The notes below the pieces were generated by a model, which saw only the letters and a program-made list of their open reading frames with translations, did no database searches and was not told the DNA's origin. Below are positions 1-10,308 of a stretch of 64,000 bases of DNA, one piece after another (position 1 is the first letter of the stretch; every line of letters starts with the position of its first letter). Source of the stretch: an uncultured Planctomycetaceae bacterium (GTDB lineage: Bacteria; Planctomycetota; Planctomycetia; Planctomycetales; Planctomycetaceae); contig CAWFGE010000015.1 in NCBI GenBank assembly GCA_963815195.1, positions 192,001 to 256,000 of the forward strand. Direction: 5' to 3'. Position numbers and translations under genes: made by a program.

Positions 1-9
1 ACCGGGAAG

Positions 10-1482
10 ATGATCCTGTCGTACAAGCTGATGGACGGCGAATGGCGGGTGAGCGACATCGCGGTGGAATCGAAAAAAGACCACGAGCACATTCCTTCCG
101 TGCTGAAAACCGCGACCGTTATGCGAGCGGGAATCCAATTTCTGGAGGCCTACAACGCCGGCGACAAACCGCGTTTGAAAGGCGTGTGCCATCCCAAGTT
201 TTACGAAGGCAGCATTCTGCCGGGCGATTTGAGCCTGGTCTCGCTGCCGAGCCAGTTTCTGACGACTGGCCAATACCACATCAAAATGCAAGGCAACCAG
301 GCGGACTTCGTGATCGACGATGGGACGCAAGTCGTCAGAATCGGACTGAACCGCGACCTCAGCGACGACCCTCTGGACAAGAAAACGGTTTACCTGATCG
401 ATGATGTCACCGTGTACGACACATCGAAGCCAGAGGACGAGCTACAGGAGATGCGGTTGTCGATGGTCTTCACCGGCCGGGCGGTGCTGCAACTGTTCCG
501 GGAATCGTTGGCCGAGGGCAATCTGCCGCTCTTAAGGAAGACTGTCACGCAGGACTTCAGCAGACGGGTCTGGCAGCGAATCGAAGACGACGCCCTCGTC
601 GAGTTCACGCCGCGGATCATGACCAACCACATCGAGAACACGCTCAAGGCGGAATACGACGGGGCGATCTGCAAAATCACCGTCACGCAAATGGGCCAGC
701 CGGTGACGTATATCCTCAGAGACCACAGCGGGCAAGTGGCGGTGGACGATGTGCTGATCGACCATTCCGACGAATTGGCCTCGATGAAGGAAACCTTGGA
801 AGTGCTGATCCCCGTGCGAAGGTTTCGGGAAGCGCTCGCCAACTCCGACCTGGGGACGTTGCAGCGGTCGTCCTCTTCCGACCTCAACCGCATGATCTGG
901 AAGCAGGCCGACGATGTCCCCGCCGCGGGCAGAATCGCGGTCAAGCATCTCCAGGCCCCCTTGAAAAAGGTGGAGCACATGGAAGAGGGCAAGACTCTCG
1001 TTCAATTCGGCAACGACGCCTTCGGCTGCTCGGTGCTGTTGGTGACCGAGCACGATCAACAGGTGGTGGACGACATCGTGCTCGTCGCGGGCCTTCAACC
1101 GGAGTTGCGGGCGCGGCTCAAACGCAAAATGCGCGAGCAGATCGCATTCGGCGCGCCGGAACCGGATCCCAAATCCCAAGTGCTGCCCGCCGGTCATTGG
1201 GAACATCCGCCGCAGCAAAAGAGGCACGCGGTCAGCCAGGCCGGTTTCCAGGAAATCGAGCCGCTGCCGGAGGACGCTTCGCCGGTTCCGTTGCCGTCGG
1301 CCAACTTGCAGCGCGTCCAGAAAGCGATGCGGGAAGCCGAGCCGGTTCCGCATCCGCCTCTGCCGCCGCAAACTCCGCCCGGCCAGGTCGCCCCGCCGCT
1401 GTTTCCCAACGGCGAAGCCGATCTGGAACGCGTGCCGGAAATCAAACCCGAAGAGGTGCATTCGATTCGCCGGTCAATCTGA
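10..1482 (+). CDS. Hypothetical protein (probably 5'-truncated by the window) with tandem ~110-aa repeated domains and a Pro-rich tail
   Basis: 490-aa ORF from the window edge; recurring motifs F.EA...G/SD...L and V.DD[VI]; Pro/Gln-rich C-terminus. Confidence 0.75.
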   Translation: MILSYKLMDGEWRVSDIAVESKKDHEHIPSVLKTATVMRAGIQFLEAYNAGDKPRLKGVCHPKFYEGSILPGDLSLVSLPSQFLTTGQYHIKMQGNQADFVIDDGTQVVRIGLNRDLSDDPLDKKTVYLIDDVTVYDTSKPEDELQEMRLSMVFTGRAVLQLFRESLAEGNLPLLRKTVTQDFSRRVWQRIEDDALVEFTPRIMTNHIENTLKAEYDGAICKITVTQMGQPVTYILRDHSGQVAVDDVLIDHSDELASMKETLEVLIPVRRFREALANSDLGTLQRSSSSDLNRMIWKQADDVPAAGRIAVKHLQAPLKKVEHMEEGKTLVQFGNDAFGCSVLLVTEHDQQVVDDIVLVAGLQPELRARLKRKMREQIAFGAPEPDPKSQVLPAGHWEHPPQQKRHAVSQAGFQEIEPLPEDASPVPLPSANLQRVQKAMREAEPVPHPPLPPQTPPGQVAPPLFPNGEADLERVPEIKPEEVHSIRRSI

Positions 1483-1986
1483 AACCGGGCCGCTGAATTC
1501 GGCAGCATGCAGGAACGTCACTATCGTCGCGGCGATCCGGGGAAGGGCTTGTTCCAACTCTTCGGACAAACTTTCTCCGGGCTCAAACCGCGTCGCGGAA
1601 ATTGTCCAGACGACAATCCGCGGCGGCTTAGGGTTCAGTTGAGCCATGAGGTCCAACACGGCGGGGAGTTCGAAATCATGGCTCCCACGCGCGGAACGGC
1701 GCTCGAGGATCGGCAACAGTTTGCGCGAAACGTCTCGGCCAGGTTGCCAATCCCAGCGGTTGAGTTCGCCTGCCGCCGCTGAGGTTTCCGCGGCATCGCA
1801 GAGGTGCAGCGTTTCGATCCCGCCCGACCAATCGAGCACATCCAGCGGAACGGCGGCTTTGCGGATATTGATCGAAGCGGGCAAGTCCGCCGCTTGGGCC
1901 AGTTCGTCCGCGATCCGCCAGCCGATCTGGTCGTCGCCGTGCGGACTGCCCAGGCCGACGAACAGAGTGGGCCGGCGATGATCCAT
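1474..1986 (-). CDS. Hydrogenase maturation protease (HyaD/HycI-like)
   Basis: GLGSPHGDDQIG and SHDF motifs; ATG at 1986 overlaps the stop of the hydrogenase large subunit. Confidence 0.85.
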   Translation of the reverse strand: MDHRRPTLFVGLGSPHGDDQIGWRIADELAQAADLPASINIRKAAVPLDVLDWSGGIETLHLCDAAETSAAAGELNRWDWQPGRDVSRKLLPILERRSARGSHDFELPAVLDLMAQLNPKPPRIVVWTISATRFEPGESLSEELEQALPRIAATIVTFLHAAEFSGPVSD

Positions 1987-3290
1987 CAACCTTTTCGCTC
2001 CACGCTCAGCTTCAGAAAATGCGTCGAGCAACTGATGCAGGGATCGTAGCTGCGGATCAGCCGTTCGCAGGCCCGGGCCGCTTGGGAATCGTCCTCGTCC
2101 AACACGCCCGGCAGCCAATCCCTGAGGTCCGCTTCGATCTGTCCCTGATTCTGCGAAGTCGGCGGCACGATTTTGGCGAACGTGACCTTCCCTTCCTCGT
2201 TCACGGCGTAACGGTGATAAAGCAGGCCCCGCGGGGCTTCGGTCGCCGCACAGTTCTCGCCGGCCGTATGTTTGTATTCGACCCTTGGCGGATGAAAGGG
2301 CCGGTAATCCCTGAGAATCTCCAGGGCTTCTTCGTACGCGTGAATCACTTCCAACCCGCGGGCGATGATTGCCTGGAACGGATTGGAAGAGGGCGGCGAA
2401 AAACCGATCTCGCCGGCCACTTGGCGGGCGGAGGGCGAGAGGCGGTCGAAATTCAGATTCACGCGGGCCAAAGGTCCGACGTGATAGCAGGTCTTCGCGG
2501 CCGTCCGCACGGATTGCAAGGCCGTGCTGTGGGCGACTTGATGTTCCGCAAACTCCCTCTCGTAATCCGAAACCTCGATCGACAGCCCGGCAGTCGAAGC
2601 GATCCGGCCTTCGTTCATCGCATATTCGCCGGGATGACTGAGGGCCACCATTTCGTAATCGCGCTGGAAGTCGGGAAAGTCAAACGCGGCGACCCATCTT
2701 GCCGCGTCCATGGCGGCTTCCCGTCCCCATTCAAAAGCGGGGATCAGCTTTTCGAGATCCTTCCGCTTGCGGCGCACGGTAAAACCCGCCGACGGCGACG
2801 TTGATCGGATGAATCGGCCGCCCGCCCAAAACTTCCAAAAGTTCGTTGCCGTGCTTTTTCAGTTGGAGCCCGCGCTGGAATTCCCGCGGAAACCGACCGG
2901 CCATTTCGAGGCCGCTTTCCATGCCGAAGAAATCGGGCGCATGGAGCAGGTGCATGTGCAACGTATGGCTTTCGATCCATTCCCCGCAGTAAAGCAGCCG
3001 CCTGAGCCGGCGGATCTCCGGTGAGACGGAAACGCCGAGCGCCTTTCGAGGGCGTGCACCGAACTCATCTGGTAGGCGACGGGGCAGATGCCGCAAATGC
3101 GGGCCGTGATGTCCGGCACATCTTCCAGCGGTCGATCCCGCAGAAACGCCTCGAAGAACCGGGGCGGCTCGTAGATCGAAAGCTGCACCTCTTCGATCAC
3201 GCCGCCTTTCAACGTGACGTGGAGGCCCCCTTCGCCCTCGACCCGCGAAATGGCCTCGACCTGAATCTTGCGAATCCGCGCTTCATCCAT
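1986..3290 (-). CDS. NiFe hydrogenase large (alpha) subunit, group 3b-like; two apparent frameshifts (~3045, ~2770)
   Basis: SRVEGEG, L1 [37 protein letters not shown] and L2 [10 protein letters not shown] plus a short cleavable tail, spread over ORFs 2859-3401, 2731-3096 and 1986-2777. Confidence 0.9.
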
Positions 3291-3478
3291 TGTCACGAGA
3301 AAAACAGAGAGGTTGAAAACTCGGCTGGGAACACGAAATCGGCCTGCACAGGAGCAAGCCGCCCCAACGCCAGTTATACTGGCGCGGTCCCCCTTCGGCA
3401 ACGGCTTCCCCCTTTGCGGCCTTTGTTCCTCCTATTTGAAAAGTGAACGTCACCTAGAGTTCGATAAGGTCACCATTC

Positions 3479-4848
3479 ATGTCTTCCGAATTCGAGACTC
3501 CGTTATATCGGGAAGAATACCCCACCGGTCGGCGGTATGTGATCTTCTTCCTCGCGGCGGGCACGTCCTGGTTTCTCTACCTGCACCGCTACACCTGGAA
3601 TTTCATCCGGCCGGCATCGAAAAGGAATTCGGATTCACGAATCTGGAACTCTCCGGGCTGTACACGCTCTTCCAAGTGACCTACATGACGTTTCAGATCC
3701 CGAGCGGCGTGGTCTGCGATCTGTTTGGGCCGCATCTGTTTTTGGCGATCATCATCGCCGCCTGGTCGCTCATGCTGCCTTGCTTCGGGCTGACGACGCG
3801 GTACTGGGGCTTGGGCACGTTTCGCTTGCTGTTCGGAGTGACCCAGGCCGGCGGCTATCCGTCGCTGTCGAAAGTCACGAAATCCTGGTTTCCGCTACGG
3901 GCCCGCACCACCATGCAAGGCTTGATCGCGAGCTTCTTCGGCCGCAGCGGCGGCGCGATGTCCTCCATCATCATGGGGACCTTGCTCATGGGACTTCTGG
4001 GCATGTCCTGGCGGGCGGCTCTGGTTGTGATGGGGGCCGCGGGGTTGGTCTTCGCCTTCCTGTTTTATCTGTTCTACCGCAACAACCCCGAAGAAGACCC
4101 CTGGACCAACCAGGCGGAACGCGATCTGATCCGCGAAGGCGAGGTCGAAGTCTCCGGCGGACCGCCGGTGCTCCCGTTTTGGCGCGCCGTCAAAAACCGC
4201 AGTCTGCTGGTGTTCATGTTTCAGCAGGTCATGAATGCGGGCCCCGATTACATCTACGCCGCCGAGATGGGCAGCTACTTCATCAACGTCCGCGGCGTCG
4301 ATGGCGCGATGGCCGGGCTTCTGGTGAGCCTGCCCTTATGGGGCGGAGCCTTGGGCGGCGTGTCCGGCGGCGTGGTCAACGATTACCTCATCACCCGCAC
4401 GAAGAACCGCCGCTGGTCGCGGTCGGCGGTCGGGTTCAGCGGCAAATTCCTGGCGTGCCTTTTGATGTTGATCGCCCTGCAACAAAGCAACGGCCTCGCC
4501 GCCGCCGTGTGTTTGTTCGCCGTCAAGTTCTTCAGCGACTGGTCGCAACCCACGGTGTGGGGAACCTGCACCGACATGGGCGGCCGATATTCCGCCACCA
4601 CGTTCAGCATCATCAACACCTGCGGCGGACTGGGCGGCGTCGTCACCCCGCTGATCGGCGGATACCTTCTGGACAGAAACACCCACAAGGAAGTCATCGG
4701 CGGCGTGGAGAAACTCACCACGGATTACACCCCGTTGTTCATGCTGGTCGCGGGCATGTATCTCGTCAGCGCCGCATGCTGGTTCTTCATCGACTGCACC
4801 CACTCCCTCGAACGCGACGATCCGCCGGTGGAGGAAAGCGGATCTTGA
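3479..4848 (+). CDS. MFS transporter (ACS/sugar-acid-like); frameshift ~3610
   Basis: N-terminus in ORF 3479-3679 (RRYVIFFL...YLHR) joins the multi-TM ORF 3268-4848 (QIPSGVVCDLFG, WFPLRAR motifs). Confidence 0.85.
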
Positions 4849-4992
4849 GGGAACGTTCCGTGAGGGGCTGATTCGCCGAGCGGACGCCGCAGACGATCCG
4901 ACGTTCTTACCCGTTCCGTTGTTTTGTTAATACCCAGCGCGGAGTGCGGTTCATAACCTGGACCGCCTTTTCGCCTTTTTGGAGCGGGTCAA

Positions 4993-5898
4993 ATGCTTGC
5001 CATTTCACAAAGAAAAATCACCGCCCGGTGGTCAAAACGATCCGCGTGGCTGCCGCTTGTGATCTTGCCGGTGATGGCCTTATGGCTGGCCAGCGCCTGG
5101 CCGCCGTGGGCCTTTATGTGGATGCTGGCTTTTTCGATCTACGTTGCCCTTAAATGGCTCAGCTTCGCCGATGCCATCGATCCGGCCCGGAGGCCGGCCG
5201 GGGGGTCGCTGGCGTATTTGCTGCTTTGGCCGGGCATGGATGCGAAGGCATTTTTCCAAATCGACAAATCGGTTCAACGTCCGCGCGGGCGGGAGTGGTT
5301 CCTTGCGATGGCCAAAATGGCTCTCGGCGCGATCCTCGTTGTTGTCGCGGCGGTGCGCGTGCAGGCCGATCCGCTGGGCGCGGGATGGGTCGGCATGGTG
5401 GGGATGGTGGTCGCGCTGCACTTCGGGTTGTTTCATTTGTTATCCGTCGCCTGGAGGCGGGCGGGGATCGATGCGCGACCGATTATGGACGCCCCGTTCT
5501 TGGCTTCATCTCTCAGTGACTTTTGGGGCAGGCGATGGAATCTGGCCTTTCGAGATTTGGCCCACGCTTATGTCTTCCGTCCACTCGTGGGCACGCTCGG
5601 CGGTGCCGGGGCCACGCTAGCGGTGTTCCTTGTGTCCGGCCTCGTCCACGATTTCGTGATCTCACTCCCCGCACGGGGCGGCTATGGACGGCCGACGCTG
5701 TATTTTGCTGTTCAGGGCGTCGGGGCAGTGTTCGAGCGGACGCGGCTTGGCAAACGCATCGGAACCAGAAAAGCCGTCGCCGGGCGCCTGTTCTGCAGCG
5801 TTGTCATTCTGGGACCGATTTTCCTCTTGTTTCATCGGCCTTTCGTGGAGCGGGTGATCGTTCCCATGCTCGCGGCGATTCACGGAATTGGAGGTTAA
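4993..5898 (+). CDS. MBOAT-family (wax-synthase-like) membrane-bound O-acyltransferase
   Basis: SLSDFWGRRWN and FLVSGLVHD motifs; multiple TM helices. Confidence 0.85.
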   Translation: MLAISQRKITARWSKRSAWLPLVILPVMALWLASAWPPWAFMWMLAFSIYVALKWLSFADAIDPARRPAGGSLAYLLLWPGMDAKAFFQIDKSVQRPRGREWFLAMAKMALGAILVVVAAVRVQADPLGAGWVGMVGMVVALHFGLFHLLSVAWRRAGIDARPIMDAPFLASSLSDFWGRRWNLAFRDLAHAYVFRPLVGTLGGAGATLAVFLVSGLVHDFVISLPARGGYGRPTLYFAVQGVGAVFERTRLGKRIGTRKAVAGRLFCSVVILGPIFLLFHRPFVERVIVPMLAAIHGIGG

Positions 5899-5901
5899 GC
5901 G

Positions 5902-6315
5902 ATGGACCTGGAACGACTCATTTTCATCGGAGGCATCCTGCATTTCGGCATTCTGCTCGCCAGTGCGATGGTTCCCCAGGTGTTGGATTGGCGGGAATCG
6001 CTGAGCAAACTCGATGGATTGACCCGCCAGCTTGTCTGGGTCCATGGGGCGTTTATTGTCTTGGTGATCGTCGGCTTCGGATTGCTCTCCCTGCTATTTG
6101 CCGGCGAGCTTGCGATCGGGACTCCGCTCGCGCGGGGAGTCTGCAGTTTCATCGCATTTTTCTGGGCGGCGAGACTGGTGGTGCAGTTCTTCGTCTTTGA
6201 CGCCAAGCCGTACCTGAGAACCCCGTTTCTGAAAGCCGGTTACCACGGCTTGACGATTGTTTTCCTTTACCACGCGATCGTTTACTCCGCGGCGGCGTTC
6301 CAGCCCGGTCTATAG
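5902..6315 (+). CDS. Hypothetical 4-TM membrane protein
   Basis: 137-aa hydrophobic ORF with GGAGG RBS, 3 nt after the MBOAT stop. Confidence 0.75.
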   Translation: MDLERLIFIGGILHFGILLASAMVPQVLDWRESLSKLDGLTRQLVWVHGAFIVLVIVGFGLLSLLFAGELAIGTPLARGVCSFIAFFWAARLVVQFFVFDAKPYLRTPFLKAGYHGLTIVFLYHAIVYSAAAFQPGL

Positions 6316-6486
6316 GAGAGGCGTGTTCGGCTTCAAACGGTTCGAAACTTGGCGGGAAGCACGCTTTGTTGGCGGGACAAACAAAACGGATTGCGAACGC
6401 GTTCCGCGGTTGGCGTGGCCCTGTGGTCTGGCGAATAATACAGGAGAGGTTGAAATCCGACACACAGATCTGGGGAGCACGTTTTT

Positions 6487-8048
6487 ATGCCGGTTCGAGG
6501 GAAACCGAACAAGCCGCCGTCCGTTCCGCTGCGCGATTCGGAACTCGCGAGGCGGTTTGTTTTGGAGGGCCTGTTGTTGCAAAGCGTCCAGCCGCCCGCG
6601 CCCGAAGCGGTTTCGGCCGTTTTGGAATGGTACTTGGAAGCGGCGGTGGAGGGGTTTCCGCTGCCTCCGATCGGCGTGGTGGCCGATGTGGGACATTTGG
6701 CCTTCGGGCGGGAAATCCAGGCGGAGCCCGCCGGGGACGATTCCCATTCCTCGCTCCCGCCTCCGCAGCAGTTGTCTTCCACGCTGCGCCGGCAGTATGA
6801 GGATCTGTTCCTCGGCAAGCTTTACGGGGACCGTTCGTTCGATCGCGGCGTGGATGGGTTAAGGCGGTATTCCGACCGCCGGGACCGGGCAAAGGGCCTC
6901 GCGTTTTTGATCGGACAACTCGGCCGCCGGGCCGGTTATCGCGGGGTGGAGCTGAGTCCTGCCGTGCTTCGAGACCTGCTGCGGTTGGACGGGGCCGACG
7001 TCCTCAAGCAGGCTCTAACCAGCCTCGGCGAACATGGCCCCATTCGGCTCGAGGACCTGGAGGGTTTTCCGTTCTCTGAGAAGCACGATCCCGCGATGAC
7101 GCTGATGGAGTTTCTCTATCAGGATGTGATTGTGCACACGCGGAACTTGGCGGACGCGCTCGGCACGGAGGATGTGTTCGAGTTGGAGCACGGGACCGCG
7201 ATTTCGGGACAGGGGCCGCGCGAGGGCATCCGGGAGGTGCTGCGCCGGCCGCGAAATTGGAAGCCGGCGTCCCCCAGCAGAAGGTGCAAGCCCTAAAGCG
7301 CCCGCAGCAGATCGCCACGCGAATCCTGGAGGAAGACACCTATCCCATCGGCGGGTTTTCGTCGATTTCCAATCGCGGCAGCATCGAAAGTTTGCTGCAC
7401 TCGCAGCTCGCCTACATGGAAAAAAACGAGCGGCCGGACATGTTCGACATCAAGTTCCTGCGGGATGAGCTGCTGTATTATTCTCGCGATGAGAACCGCT
7501 TCCTCAGACGCCGGCGGAGTTTTGTGTTCGCCCTCTTTCCCGATTTGGCGGACGCCCGCGTCAAAGACCGGGATCTGAAAACGCAACCCACGATTATGTT
7601 GTTGGGGCTGCTTTTCGTTGCGGTTCGCCGGTTGACGGACTGGCTGAGCGAAGATGCGCTGTTGTTTGATTTTGTGTTCCGCAAACCCCACGACAAAAAG
7701 CGAGAGGAATCGATGCCGCTGGCCGCTGAGCGCGAACTCTTGGAGATTCTGTTCCGCGAGCAAATCGCCAACAACACCGTGCAGTTGACGAACTTGGAGA
7801 ATATCGAGGATTTCAAAAAGCACTGCGAAGAGCAGGCCCGGCGGAGTTTATGCCATTGCACTTTGCTTTCCACGAAGGATCAGGCGTTCGAGTTCGACAA
7901 CGCGTACGTCAGCCGATTGCGTTTGGACGGGGCGTTGCCCGCCGTGACAATCGGGGACGCCGAGGCCGCTCCGCTCGAAGGCGAAGGGCCGCTGGAAATG
8001 TGGAAAGCCGGCCTGGTTCGGCTTCTCGAAAACTGGGTCGCGGATTGA
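6487..8048 (+). CDS. Hypothetical protein, possibly a degenerate vWA/MoxR-associated protein; frameshift ~7255
   Basis: Overlapping ORFs 6487-7296 and 7257-8048; segment YPIGGFSSISNRGSIESLLHSQLAY...FDIKFLRDELLYYSRDE. Confidence 0.65.
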
Positions 8049-8137
8049 CCGCGGTGCATTGCGCTGTCGTCCGGTTGTTCCCGTGAATCGGGGCGCCCTT
8101 CGGCTAATGCGTGCGACGATTATTTCTCAAGCGGTCC

Positions 8138-9466
8138 CTACTTCAACACAGCCCGGACCGTCTCGATCAAGTCCGCCTCCGGCACGGTGGTTTGGTCGCC
8201 TGTGTCCAAGTCTTTGACTTGCCAGGTGCCGGCGGCGAATTCCTCCTCGCCGGCGATGATCGCCACCCGAAAGCCTTTGCGGTTGGCATATTTGAGTCTG
8301 TTTCCCCAGGCCCTTCGATTCGGGATAGACTTCCGTCGCCAAACCGGCGGACCGGAGCAAGCGGCCGATGCGAAGATAATCGCCCGCGCTGGGCATCGAA
8401 GATCGTGACCAAAATCGGTGCGGGGGTGCTGGCGGTGCGGATCATGCCCAGTTCCTCCATCGCCGCGAGCAGGCGGTCCAAGCCCAGGCTGGCCCCGATG
8501 CCGGGGAGTTTCTGTTTCGTGAACAGTTCCGCGAGGTTGTCATACCGCCCGCCCGAGCACACGCTGCCAATGCCCGGCAGGTCGCCCAGGAAGGTCTCGT
8601 AAATCGTGCCCGTGTAATAATCGAGTCCCCGCGCAATCGACACATCGAGCGCCAGACCGCTCCGAAGAAATCCCCGCCGTCCGGCAGGCGTCGAACAACT
8701 CTGTCAAGTTGGCAACGCCTTGCGAACCGGCTTCGTTTCCCGCAAGCATCCCGTTCAACTCGGCGAGAATCTCCTGCGGGCTGCCTTGGAGCGAGGAAAG
8801 TTTCAGCACCGCATCGGCCTGCTCATTCGTCGCGCCCACGGCTTCCATCATCTCGGCTTTGACTTTTTCCCGCCCGATCTTGGCGAGCTTGTCGAGCGCC
8901 CGCAGGATCCCCGTGGACTGCTCCGCCAGACCGAGTTGGCTCAATAAGCCATTTAAGATCAGCCGATTGTTCACACGGATCGTAAACGACGAGAATCCGA
9001 TGCGGTCCATCAGATCGTGGATCACCAGCAGGGTTTCGATGTCGGCGATGTTGGAATCGGTGCCGATGGTGTCGAAGTCGCACTGCATGAACTCGCGGAA
9101 CCGCCCCCGCTGCGGCTTTTCGCCGCGCCACACGGTGCCGATGTGATACCGCTTAAACGGCGTGCCGATGTCATTCAAATGCTGGGCGGCATAGCGGGCG
9201 AGCGGCACGGTCAGGTCGAACCGCATCGCCACGTCGCGGTTGCCGTGATCCATGAAGCGGAACAGTTGCTTGTCGGATTCCTCGCCGCCTTTGCCTTGGA
9301 GGATCTCGGCGTATTCCAGAGCCGGCGTATCGATCGGACTGAAGCCGTAGCTGCGGTACACCGCGCGGGCGGTATCGATCAGGCCTTCGCGGGCCATCAT
9401 CTGGTCCGGCAAATGATCGCGAAAACCCTTGAGCGTGCGAGGTTCGATGAGGGAAGTTTTAGTCAC
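8138..9466 (-). CDS. hisS: Histidine--tRNA ligase; about three frameshifts (~8655, ~8385, ~8300)
   Basis: LKGFRD, MRFDLTVPLARY, RGEKPQRGRFREFMQCDFD, ARGLDYYTG, GGRYDNL; anticodon-binding domain ends ...ETVRAVLK* at 8138. Confidence 0.95.
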
Positions 9467-9532
9467 AGTGCGTTGTCGGTTGGGGAATCAAAAATCGTTT
9501 GGGAGTTTTGTCGTTTCGGCCCTTCAGGGCTC

Positions 9533-9603
9533 TTGTGAGCGGCACGGCGCATAGCCGCCGGTTTTGTGTGAGAAACCGGCGGCTAGCGCCGTGCCGCTCA
9601 CAA
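9533..9603. repeat. REP-like palindrome, family A
   Basis: gtgagcggcacggcgc(a)tagccgccggtt...aaccggcggctagcgccgtgccgctcac; related copies at 22801, 29608 and 43831. Confidence 0.8.
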
Positions 9604-9613
9604 AAAGCCTCTT

Positions 9614-10048
9614 TCAATTGAGGACCGGCAGTCGGCCGGCGGGGTTCGCGGTTTCGCGTTTTTTCGGCGGGAGCACGGCTTCCGCGTATTCCCAAATCTG
9701 GTCCGCCGACTCGAACAGCTTATCGTAACAGGCATCGTTGTCGTATTCGCAGTTTTCGGTCGTATAAGACCGGCAGATGGACGGCCGGTCCTGATAGATG
9801 CCGCAACGGTGGTCCGGTTGCAAATGCTCGCAGTCGGCGAACACCATCAGATACCACGTCTCATCCTCCACAAAGATCGACACGTTCCCGTGGAACATGT
9901 ACCAGCGAATGTGGTCGAAATCCTCCCAGGTCGTCGGCGTTTCAATCGGCAAGGCGAAATACCGGCAGCACTTCCCCGTGCAGTACGAACACAACACCTC
10001 GCCCGGCTTCAAATCTTCCCGGCGAATTTTCCGTATTGGTTTTGGCAT
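9614..10048 (-). CDS. YkgJ/CxxCxxCC-family cysteine-cluster protein
   Basis: CSYCTGKCC, CEHL...CGIYQDRPSICRSY. Confidence 0.9.
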   Translation of the reverse strand: MPKPIRKIRREDLKPGEVLCSYCTGKCCRYFALPIETPTTWEDFDHIRWYMFHGNVSIFVEDETWYLMVFADCEHLQPDHRCGIYQDRPSICRSYTTENCEYDNDACYDKLFESADQIWEYAEAVLPPKKRETANPAGRLPVLN

Positions 10049-10097
10049 GAGCGGTTTTCCTGTTCAGCAAGATGGCGGACCCGCCTCATTTTAGAAA

Positions 10098-10224
10098 GGC
10101 GAGCGGGAGGTGTCAGCCTCCCGGTCACTCGCGAGCGTTAAAAACTTCCATTCCGCGGCTCGATGGATGGCGACGCTTTTGGAAGCCGTCGACGAGACCA
10201 GGAGGCTGACGCCTCCCGCTCGCC
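10098..10224. repeat. REP doublet (REPIN-like), family B
   Basis: ggcgagcgggaggtgtcagcctcccggt ... accaggaggctgacgcctcccgctcgcc inverted pair; copies at 33685 and 44021. Confidence 0.8.
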
Positions 10225-10308
10225 TTGGGTTCCGCTTGAGCAAAAACGCCCGGAGCGTTAAGATCAACGTTTGATTATGTTTTAGATTCCATCTGTTTCC
10301 ACAGGCTG

